From assembly GCA_964506635.1 (NCBI GenBank), contig CAZDMI010000001.1, positions 1-53,800 on the forward strand: a DNA stretch of 53,800 nt. Reading direction: 5' to 3'. The notes beneath the pieces are model-generated. The model did not search any database. It was not told the DNA's origin and saw only the letters and a program-made list of their open reading frames with translations. Positions 15,911-23,500 of the stretch are shown here, one piece after another (positions within the stretch are counted from its first letter, which is position 1; the number at the start of each line of letters is the position of its first letter). A program made the translations under genes and the position numbers. The DNA is from an uncultured Thermotogae bacterium. Its GTDB lineage: Bacteria > Bipolaricaulota > Bipolaricaulia > M55B111.

Positions 15911-18883
15911 CTACTTTAACAGGTTCTTTATAGCCTCAGTGTTCTCTTCAAGCTCCGAACTCATTCCCGGTGTAAGTTCGACTTTTTTGCCAAGAGAATT
16001 AACTAACGTACCCTTTTTCTCGAGCCAGGATCTGATCGGAACAAACACGTCGACCCAGTCCGGGCGCCGCTCTAGGCTGCTTCTAAACCAGACGACCTTC
16101 GAATAGTCCTCTGGCTTTAACTCCTCCACCGATGCCACGTTCCCCCAAAGCAAGAGCACCTCACTTCCGCGTCCACCAGACTCCAATCCGGCTTTCGCCA
16201 AACCGTTTCCGTTTGCTTCTCGGCTGGCGACAATTCTCCTTTCGCCCTGTTCTCCGTTTTCGGGCCTTAAGAGGCTAACTCCTTTATCGGCTGTGAACCC
16301 TTCAGGGGATTCGACCTCGCTGGCACCCCGATCCTTTGCTTCCTTGACGAGCAGTTTTAAGACGGGGTTGAGTTCGTACACTCCGTCTTCGACGTACAGC
16401 AATTCTGTGGAAAGCAGTTCTTCCATGCCCGCAGTGGAGCGGTATTCGTGCGATTGGACAGTTGATATCGTCCCTCCGGAAGTCCTCGCAATTCTTTTTA
16501 ATAGATTTAACTCTTCCTCCGTGGTTGCCTTACCAGGTACTACGTCCATCGCACCGGCTGAAAGAACGTCATGAACTAATTCCCGGCTTCCGTTTTCCCA
16601 GGAACCATTTTTTCTGACCTCAACCCGGGTCAACCTATCGTCCCATCCTTTGAGGCTCTCGAATTTTCCGAGGTCACAGAGGTGGCCACCGTAAGGCCCC
16701 GTTTCGCGCGGTACGAGCCCGATCGGCCTCCCCTTGCTTACCTGAACAGTGGCAGGACAGGTCAGCCCACAGCCCGGACAGTAAGTATCAATTTCCTCGT
16801 CCACTTCGAATGGACCCGGTTTCTCGCCGGCAACCACTTCTTCAAGCGCCCCAGTCGGGCAACTATCGGCAAGGTCGCCAAGCAAATCGCTCTTCGATTG
16901 GCCAAGCTGGTCTTCAAAGGGTGGAGCTACTTTTGTGCTGAAACCTCGGTTGACGAACTTTAACTCACCTTCGTCGTGGACTTCATCGGACGTCCTGACG
17001 CAGGAACCACAGAGAACACATTTGTTCGGATCATGCTCCACCCTCGGATCGGATTGATCGATATCTCGCTCTAAAAGCTCTCCTGCGTAATAATCCTGGC
17101 GGGCATCGTACTTATCGGAGTACTCCCTGAGCTCACAATCGTAACGGTCGAGACAACCGCACTCCAGGCAGCGCTTAGCTTCGGTGACCGCTTCCTCGTC
17201 ACTGAATCCGTGCTCTATTGCCCGGAAATGATCTATCCGGCTCCGTGGGTCGCGCCTGGGCATCTCTACCCTGGGTGATTCCTCTTCGCCCTCAAAGTCC
17301 CCGGAAGTCTTCTCGTCCCGGTGAACGTAGCCAAACGGGGTACGAAAATCCTCGGGCGCCTCGTATTCTTCGATTTTTCCGTCGAGGTAAGCATCGATCG
17401 CGTAAGCGGCCTCTCTACCCTGCCCGGTCGATTCGGCTATAGAGGAGGGGCCCAGGGAAACGTCCCCGGCCGCAAATACGTCTTCGTAGTTCGTCCGGTA
17501 CTTGCCATGGTTAGTTACCGTCGAATCCTCCATATCGATCCCTTCTTCTTCGAGAAGTTCCTCCTCCGGCGATTCACCGATCGACATCAGAACAGTATCA
17601 CAGGAAATATTGCGGGACTCCCCCTCTATTTTAACCGGCTTTGGTCGCCCGGACTCGTCCGGTTCCCCCAGCTCCATCCTGGCACATTTCATTCCATCCA
17701 CGTGTTCTTCCCCGTTGATCTCCTCAGGGCTCAGAAGGAACTCGAATTCGATGCCCTCTTCCTTGGCCTCTTCTATCTCCGCTTCAGGGGCAGGAGCCTG
17801 TTCCTCCGTTCTCCTATATACGACCTTTACCTCCGCTCCCAGTCGCCTGGCGACTCTTGCCGTATCCATGGCGCAGCCTCCGCAACCGATTACCACGACT
17901 TCGTCGCCTATACCAACTTCTTCCCCGGAAGCATGATCAACCAGAAAGTCCGTCCCGCCGAGTACACCATTAAGCTCATGACCGGGGATCGGTATCTTCC
18001 AGCACTCCCAGGCACCTGTAGCGACAAGGACGGAATCGTTTTTCTCTCTCAGTTCATCCAGCGTAAAGTCCTCGCCGAGCCGCGTTCCAGTCCGCGCGTC
18101 TATCCCCTGTTCGAGTATCCAGTCCACTTCCCGGGCCAGCAAATCATTGGGAAGTCTATAGTTGGGGATCCCGTAGCGCATCATGCCCCCAAGCTCCGGT
18201 TTCTGGTCGTAAATGGTCACCGAATGGCCTTCCAGCCTAAGATAGTAAGCAGCAGTCAAGCCAGCCGGCCCACCACCTACCACACCTATTTCCTTGCCGG
18301 TTTCTTCTGGAATTTCTGGATACCAAGGGTCTTCAAGATCCTTTTCGGCGACGTATTCCTTTAACTGACGAATAGCCATCGGCTCCTCAACCATCTCTCG
18401 CCTGCATTCGTCCTCACACGGAGCAAAACAGGCACGGCCAAGAGAGACTGCCAGCGGTGTTTTCTCCTTGATCAACTTTACTGCCGCCTCAGGGCGACCG
18501 TTAGCTATATGTGCTATGTAACCCTGAACGTCCAAACTGGCCGGACATTCATAAGTACATGGCGGAACGCAGTCCCCGGTATGCTCGGAGAGTAGAAGTT
18601 CGAGCGCCGACCTCCTGTCTTCAACTACTTCCTCGGTTTCGGTATTTACCCGCATACCGCCCTCGACGGGTGTATCACAGGAAGTCGTAATTTCATTGCC
18701 CTCCGAAGTTTCTACCTCCACAAGACAGACCCTGCAACCACCGTAAGGTAAGTCCATCTCTTCCATCTCACATAGCGTGGGAATAAACACGTCGTTTTCG
18801 CGGCATGCTTCCAGAACGGTCTTCTCCGAGTCTACAGACCGTTTCTCACCATTTATCTCGATAGACACGTTATCCGACATCAT
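15911..18883 (-). CDS. NuoG-like/GltD-like fusion subunit of a NuoEF-containing (Bfu family; Stn/NfnABC-like) NAD(P)H:ferredoxin oxidoreductase
   Basis: N-terminal plant-type [2Fe-2S] domain (GGCRVCLVEV). GltD-type Cys-rich segment plus FAD/NAD(P)H folds (VVGGGPAGLTAAYYL; VVVIGCGGCAMDTARVA). NuoG-type [4Fe-4S] motifs (CVLCGSCVR; CPTGAL). A Mo-oxidoreductase-type CxxCxxxC motif (YCPGCGLTCP) is followed by only about 250 aa. No H-cluster motifs seen. Confidence 0.8.
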   Translation of the reverse strand: MMSDNVSIEINGEKRSVDSEKTVLEACRENDVFIPTLCEMEEMDLPYGGCRVCLVEVETSEGNEITTSCDTPVEGGMRVNTETEEVVEDRRSALELLLSEHTGDCVPPCTYECPASLDVQGYIAHIANGRPEAAVKLIKEKTPLAVSLGRACFAPCEDECRREMVEEPMAIRQLKEYVAEKDLEDPWYPEIPEETGKEIGVVGGGPAGLTAAYYLRLEGHSVTIYDQKPELGGMMRYGIPNYRLPNDLLAREVDWILEQGIDARTGTRLGEDFTLDELREKNDSVLVATGAWECWKIPIPGHELNGVLGGTDFLVDHASGEEVGIGDEVVVIGCGGCAMDTARVARRLGAEVKVVYRRTEEQAPAPEAEIEEAKEEGIEFEFLLSPEEINGEEHVDGMKCARMELGEPDESGRPKPVKIEGESRNISCDTVLMSIGESPEEELLEEEGIDMEDSTVTNHGKYRTNYEDVFAAGDVSLGPSSIAESTGQGREAAYAIDAYLDGKIEEYEAPEDFRTPFGYVHRDEKTSGDFEGEEESPRVEMPRRDPRSRIDHFRAIEHGFSDEEAVTEAKRCLECGCLDRYDCELREYSDKYDARQDYYAGELLERDIDQSDPRVEHDPNKCVLCGSCVRTSDEVHDEGELKFVNRGFSTKVAPPFEDQLGQSKSDLLGDLADSCPTGALEEVVAGEKPGPFEVDEEIDTYCPGCGLTCPATVQVSKGRPIGLVPRETGPYGGHLCDLGKFESLKGWDDRLTRVEVRKNGSWENGSRELVHDVLSAGAMDVVPGKATTEEELNLLKRIARTSGGTISTVQSHEYRSTAGMEELLSTELLYVEDGVYELNPVLKLLVKEAKDRGASEVESPEGFTADKGVSLLRPENGEQGERRIVASREANGNGLAKAGLESGGRGSEVLLLWGNVASVEELKPEDYSKVVWFRSSLERRPDWVDVFVPIRSWLEKKGTLVNSLGKKVELTPGMSSELEENTEAIKNLLK

Positions 18884-20643
18884 ACCACCTCAACTGCATC
18901 TACAGGGCATACTTCCTTACATGTTCCACACTTGATACATTCGTCCTGATTGATTACGTGACGACTACCGCTATCTCCATCGATCGCGTCCACGGGACAT
19001 TCCTGGCTGCAGGTAGTACAACCTATGCACCCGTCGGTAATACTATAAGCAATAAGATCCCGACAGACGCCGGCCGGGCAGGTCTCCTCGTCTATATGTT
19101 GCTCGTATTCGTCTTCGAAATACCGCAAAGTCGTCAAGACTGGATTTGGGGCCGTTTGACCGAGCCCACAAAGAGAATGTTGCTTTATCCTGGGGGCAAG
19201 CTGCCGGAGCTTTTCCAGGTCCTCTCGTTCACCGCCCCCGGACGTGATTCTCTCCAGAATCTCCAGCATTCTCTTGGTTCCAACGCGGCAGAAAGTACAC
19301 TTGCCACAGGACTCTTCCTGGGTGAAATCGAGAAAGTACTGGGCTACATCTACCATACAGTCTTCCTCGTCCATCACGATCATTCCACCCGATCCCATTA
19401 TGGCGCCGGCATCAGTAAGGGTTTCGTAGTCGACGGCGGTATCGAGCTGGGATTCCGGAAGGCATCCACCCGAAGGACCACCGAGTTGTACGGCCTTGAA
19501 ATCATTATCATCCTCGATACCGTTCCCTATATCGAAAATTATCTCCTCGAGAGAAGTGCCAATTGGAACCTCCACCAGACCACCGCGCTCTATCTTACCG
19601 GCGAGCGCGAAAACTTTCGTGCCCCCGCTGTTTTCCGTGCCGATAGCTCGATACTCCTCTGGTCCATTACGGACTATCCATGGTACGTTGGCAAAAGTCT
19701 CCACGTTATTTATGTTGGTAGGTTGACCGAACAAACCTTTCTGAGCCGGGTACGGCGGTCTGGGGGAAGGCATTCCCCTTTCGCCCTCGATCGATCCCAT
19801 AAGTGCCGTCTCCTCTCCACAAACAAAGGCACCGGCACCTTTGCTGATCTCAATATCAAAAGAGAATCCACTGCCAAGGATGTCCTCGCCGAGGAAGCCA
19901 TTTTCCCTTGCCTGCTCGATGGCAACATTTAACCTTTTCAGCGCCAGTGGGTACTCCGCTCTGCAGTAAATATACCCTTTACTTGCACCTATAGCCCGTG
20001 CACCTATTATCATTCCTTCCAGCAGGGCGTGCGGATCACCCTCGATAATCGATCTATCCATGAAAGCACCCGGATCCCCTTCGTCCGCATTGCAGATAAG
20101 GTATTTCTCTTCAGCGTCGGTATCCCGGGCAAAGCTCCATTTTACCCCGGTAGGAAAACCGGCTCCGCCCCTGCCCCGGAGCTTGCTATCCTTGATAAGC
20201 TGTATCAACGCTTCCCCATCTCGTTGCAGCGCGGTCCGGAGCGCTTCGTAGCCGTCCTTTGCCACGTATTCATCTATCTCCTCCGGATCAATAACGCCGC
20301 TATTCCTTAAAACTACTTTTTGCTGTTCTGCAAAGTAATCGTAGTCGTCCCTTCCCGGGATCAGTTTGTCCTCGTAACTGGTATCCTGGACCAGATGGCT
20401 TTTCAGCAACCCCCCGACGTCCTCTCGGTTCAAATTTCCATAGGTAAAACTGGCCCCGTTCGGCTCCACTAGTTCCAGAATCGGCTCGTTGTGACACATA
20501 CCGACGCAGCCAACCTTGGTCAGATCGACCGAATAATCCTCCCGGCTAATTTCCCGCTCCAGTTCGTCGTAAACTTCCTCCGCCCCCGCCGCTATTCCAC
20601 AGGATGCGTAGCCGATCTTGATCTCGAGGTTTTCTTTCATCAT
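18880..20643 (-). CDS. NuoF/HydB-like FMN- and NADH-binding subunit with N-terminal thioredoxin-like [2Fe-2S] and C-terminal 2x[4Fe-4S] domains
   Basis: GRGGAGFPTGVKW, ESCGKCTFCR and C-terminal CIGCTTCSQECP / CIKCGTCKEVCP motifs. ATGATG start overlaps the upstream stop. Confidence 0.9.
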   Translation of the reverse strand: MMKENLEIKIGYASCGIAAGAEEVYDELEREISREDYSVDLTKVGCVGMCHNEPILELVEPNGASFTYGNLNREDVGGLLKSHLVQDTSYEDKLIPGRDDYDYFAEQQKVVLRNSGVIDPEEIDEYVAKDGYEALRTALQRDGEALIQLIKDSKLRGRGGAGFPTGVKWSFARDTDAEEKYLICNADEGDPGAFMDRSIIEGDPHALLEGMIIGARAIGASKGYIYCRAEYPLALKRLNVAIEQARENGFLGEDILGSGFSFDIEISKGAGAFVCGEETALMGSIEGERGMPSPRPPYPAQKGLFGQPTNINNVETFANVPWIVRNGPEEYRAIGTENSGGTKVFALAGKIERGGLVEVPIGTSLEEIIFDIGNGIEDDNDFKAVQLGGPSGGCLPESQLDTAVDYETLTDAGAIMGSGGMIVMDEEDCMVDVAQYFLDFTQEESCGKCTFCRVGTKRMLEILERITSGGGEREDLEKLRQLAPRIKQHSLCGLGQTAPNPVLTTLRYFEDEYEQHIDEETCPAGVCRDLIAYSITDGCIGCTTCSQECPVDAIDGDSGSRHVINQDECIKCGTCKEVCPVDAVEVV

Positions 20644-21113
20644 CCCTCGCCCCTGATATCGCCCAGAACGTTCCTGATTTTGTCACGAGACAGATTACCG
20701 TAAACCGTTTCGTCGACCATCATAGCGGGAGCCAGGCTACAGCATCCAAGACAGGCCACTCTTTCGACCGTAAACTCTCCGTCTTCGGTGGTTTCCCCCA
20801 TGTTCACGTCAAGTTCCGACTCCACCGTTTCAGTCACGGTCTCCGCTCCCTTGACGTGACACGCGGTCCCATGGCAGATCTTTATTAAATGTTCTCCCAG
20901 CGGCTCAAACCGGAACTGGGCGTAGAAAGTAGCCACGCTATAGACTTTACCTGGCGGTATACCAATGTAATCGCCTATTTCCTCCATGTAGTTCCTTGGA
21001 AGGTACCCGTGACTGCTCTGAACATCCTGTAAAATTGGGATCAAAGACTTTTCTTCCTGTGAGAAATCCTCAAGCTCGGCTCTAAAACCTTTTGTCTCTT
21101 CTTTGGTGACCAC
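20640..21113 (-). CDS. NuoE/HydC-like [2Fe-2S] subunit
   Basis: GTG start with GGGAGGTG SD. CHGTACHVKG and ACLGCCSLAPAM cluster ligand motifs. Confidence 0.9.
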   Translation of the reverse strand: MVTKEETKGFRAELEDFSQEEKSLIPILQDVQSSHGYLPRNYMEEIGDYIGIPPGKVYSVATFYAQFRFEPLGEHLIKICHGTACHVKGAETVTETVESELDVNMGETTEDGEFTVERVACLGCCSLAPAMMVDETVYGNLSRDKIRNVLGDIRGEG

Positions 21114-21122
21114 CCGACACCT

Positions 21123-21279
21123 CCCTGCAAAGATAAGCGTTTCATCTGATCTCTAAATGAACTAATCCTCCAGAAGGGTCCCTGCAAACTTCCGACAGGT
21201 TCCTGAATGTGCGAAGGGAAAGAAAACGGTGGAATTTCTAACCGGCGGAAACCTGGTAAGGGTAGAAACGCCCTGCAAA
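21123..21279 (-). promoter_or_regulatory. Three exact copies of a 9-mer (sense TTTGCAGGG) in the 5' region of the nuoE-like operon
   Basis: Plus-strand CCCTGCAAA at 21123-21131, 21180-21188 and 21271-21279. The first copy is fused to the SD (TTTGCAGGGAGGTG). Confidence 0.4.
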
Positions 21280-21585
21280 AGGTAACCAGATAAACCGATT
21301 TCCATAGTCAGTTCCTAAGAACAACCCGAATTAGCGATTCACCCATGACTCTCCCCTCGCGAAACAACTTAAAGTTCTTTGAATGACCGAGAAAAAACGA
21401 CCTGATCAGAATATCGTCCCCTCCGGTCGGAATCCCGGCCAGTAAAACTTCAGTTAGTCCATTTAAGCCTTACCAAGAGTCAGCTATATGTTAACTGAAA
21501 ATTGTAAAGTTGAAAAGGAAAATTAGAAGAAATTTGCGGATTACTTAAAAAGTAGGATCCGCCCAGGTCATATTAGTTATAAGGT

Positions 21586-21711
21586 ATGGCGAAAAAACTG
21601 CGAAGGAAGGAGGCTAAACCAACGCAGCAAAACACCACACCATTTTATGCCCAGGCGGACCCGTGGTGGGTATATTACTTTATTGCCTTCCTAATTTCGT
21701 TGCTATTATAA
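21586..21711 (+). CDS. Possible small membrane protein (41 aa): MAKKLRRKEAKPTQQNTTPFYAQADPWWVYYFIAFLISLLL
   Basis: Basic N-terminus and hydrophobic C-terminus. The SD is weak and too close (AAGGT 1 nt before the ATG). It lies in a 732-nt gap. Confidence 0.25.
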   Translation: MAKKLRRKEAKPTQQNTTPFYAQADPWWVYYFIAFLISLLL

Positions 21712-21809
21712 TAGCTCATTCAAGTAAAATCCAGACCATTTTCGTCTCATTTCTTGACCCGTATATTTCGTCCATGAACCCATCCAAAAAAGTATCGACT
21801 CCCTATTTG

Positions 21810-21838
21810 TTGAATTATAACCCGCGGGATATTAATTT
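21810..21838 (+). promoter_or_regulatory. Candidate promoter positioned for a leaderless coaBC-like mRNA
   Basis: TTGAAT (21810-21815), 17-nt spacer, TAATTT (21833-21838), then 7 nt to the ATG at 21846. There is no SD before that ATG. Confidence 0.35.
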
Positions 21839-21845
21839 TTTGTAA

Positions 21846-23066
21846 ATGAATAAGATCAAATTCCTCTCCGACAAAAAGATAGCTCTCGGTATCTGCGGCG
21901 TAAGCACGGCATACGAAAGTGCCTATCTTGCAAAGCAATTGGAAGAAACCGGAGCTGACCTGGAGGTTTTGATTAGCGAGCAGGGTAGTAAGTTCATCGC
22001 CCCTTTGACCTTCGAGGAAATAACCGGGAGCAAGGTGATTATAGAAGCCCCATCCGAGGGAGAGCAGCCGAAGCTAGAAAACACCCTGGCTCGGACTGAT
22101 ATGGTTATAATTGCACCGGCATCCTTCAACTTTATCGGCCGGCTTTCATCCAACCTGGAAGGGGGACTTTTAAATAAACTTTCCGTTGAATCGGATCAAC
22201 CTGTCGTTATCGTACCTTCACTGGACAAAAAGCTCTATTCGAGTCAGAACGTCACGAAAAACCTGCAGGACCTGAGGGATAGAGGCTACCACATATTGGA
22301 ACCCTCTCGAGGGGAAAAGCCAGAGCCCCACGAAACGGAATTGCCTCTATTCCCAAAAACGGAGGAGATAATCGAGGAGATAGGGAGGGTCTTCCAGGAG
22401 GATTCCATGTTAAAAAACAAAAAAGTGCTAGTCACTGCTGGTCCAACACGGAGGTCATTTGATTCCAATGAACCACCTGCGACACGACCACGGAGCTCGC
22501 TTGGATTCCAGATAAGCCAACAGGCGAGACAGATGGGTGGTGAAGTACTCCTAGTTAGCGGTCCCACAGAACAGATTCCGCCCTCCGGGGTTGGAGTGGT
22601 ATGGACGAGGACTACTGAAGAGTTAGATGACCTGCTGGTCGAAGAAAGCTCCGAGCAAGACTTGATCATCATGGCAGGTTCTGCAAGGGACTGGGAAACT
22701 ATTGGAGGTATTGGCTTACCCAAAGGGGAAAAGACTCAAAAACTTGACCTGGACCTCGACGAAAGACCTGACGTACTGCGTAAACTGGGAAAACTTAAGG
22801 AGGATGAACAGATTCTCGTCTCGGTCGAACTCAACCCGCGCGCCGGCGACGAGATTCCGGAGGAGAAGATCGAGGGAAAAAACCTGGATGCTTACTTTTT
22901 CAGACATGGAGGTGAAGGTCTCGGGGAGTTAAATTCCGATCTCTTTTCGGGAAAGATGGTGTTCAACGACGGCAGCACGAAGGAATTCAAAACCCAAAAC
23001 GACTCCAGGTTGGCCCGAAGCCTATTAAAAGAAATTGGAAGGAATCTGGTGGAAAAAGAAGTTTAA
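21846..23066 (+). CDS. CoaBC (Dfp)-like two-domain protein, divergent, hallmark catalytic residues apparently missing
   Basis: HFCD flavoprotein-like N-domain (KIALGICGVSTAYES; IIAPASFNFIG; VPSLDKKLY). CoaB-like C-domain (KKVLVTAGPTRRSFD...SSLGF; LLVSGPT). See the corresponding finding for the missing His, Asn, Cys and SSGK residues. Confidence 0.7.
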   Translation: MNKIKFLSDKKIALGICGVSTAYESAYLAKQLEETGADLEVLISEQGSKFIAPLTFEEITGSKVIIEAPSEGEQPKLENTLARTDMVIIAPASFNFIGRLSSNLEGGLLNKLSVESDQPVVIVPSLDKKLYSSQNVTKNLQDLRDRGYHILEPSRGEKPEPHETELPLFPKTEEIIEEIGRVFQEDSMLKNKKVLVTAGPTRRSFDSNEPPATRPRSSLGFQISQQARQMGGEVLLVSGPTEQIPPSGVGVVWTRTTEELDDLLVEESSEQDLIIMAGSARDWETIGGIGLPKGEKTQKLDLDLDERPDVLRKLGKLKEDEQILVSVELNPRAGDEIPEEKIEGKNLDAYFFRHGGEGLGELNSDLFSGKMVFNDGSTKEFKTQNDSRLARSLLKEIGRNLVEKEV

Positions 23067-23079
23067 AAACCGGGCAATC

Positions 23080-23499
23080 CTAAAACCGGCTACCCCAGTT
23101 TCCGAACAGCAATCCGAGCCAGCTATTCCTGTTTTTCTTCAGCAGCTCACCCGTAAAACTCTCGGACTCGTCATGATCCAGTTTGCGCGTCCCTTCCGGA
23201 AATCCATCCTCTAGAACTCCTACGTTCTCCTTATTTTTTACCCTGATAGTATATATATCCGCTCCGTGGTCCTCTCCTTCAACCATTTCGTTCCAGACGA
23301 GAAAAGTAAACTTGTTTTCAATAGCCATACCCACCACGGCGTCGGAGCTTCGAACTAGAGAGCGGATATCGTCCTTCAGGCCGTAATTTGCGGGATTAAC
23401 AATTTTCTCCGGTTCAAGCCCATCATCTATAATTTTCATGCATGATTTCTCCGTCCGGGTTCGGAAGGTCAAAGTCGGATGGCTGAAGTACACCTTCAT
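23080..23499 (-). CDS. Hypothetical 139-aa protein, possibly TIR-like / nucleoside 2-deoxyribosyltransferase-like fold
   Basis: ATG at 23499 with AAGGGGGTG SD 9 nt upstream; the ORF track extends it to a GTG at 23511. MKVYFSHP first strand, SSDAVVGM and a W-NEM segment resemble the TIR/NDT superfamily pattern. This is inference only. Confidence 0.6.
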   Translation of the reverse strand: MKVYFSHPTLTFRTRTEKSCMKIIDDGLEPEKIVNPANYGLKDDIRSLVRSSDAVVGMAIENKFTFLVWNEMVEGEDHGADIYTIRVKNKENVGVLEDGFPEGTRKLDHDESESFTGELLKKNRNSWLGLLFGNWGSRF

Positions 23500-23500
23500 A

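Noticed and set aside
17321-18364. 347-aa ORF on the plus strand, and the neighbouring plus-strand ORFs 16293-16574, 16682-16963 and 17502-17936
   Set aside because: It lies entirely antisense to the well-supported NuoG/GltD-fusion gene. The composition is low-complexity (Arg/Pro/Ser/Phe-rich), and there is no SD and no recognisable motif. This is a typical shadow ORF.
18958-19932. 324-aa plus-strand ORF
   Set aside because: Antisense to the NuoF-like gene, whose motifs (GRGGAGFPTG, ESCGKCTFCR) are unambiguous. Shadow frame.
21540-21680. SRP (4.5S) RNA-like GGAAGGAAG / CCAGGTCA fragments
   Set aside because: The fragments are not arranged as the conserved domain IV hairpin: there is no GGAA tetraloop closing helix and no symmetric-loop partner. 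The surrounding sequence does not form the expected rod.
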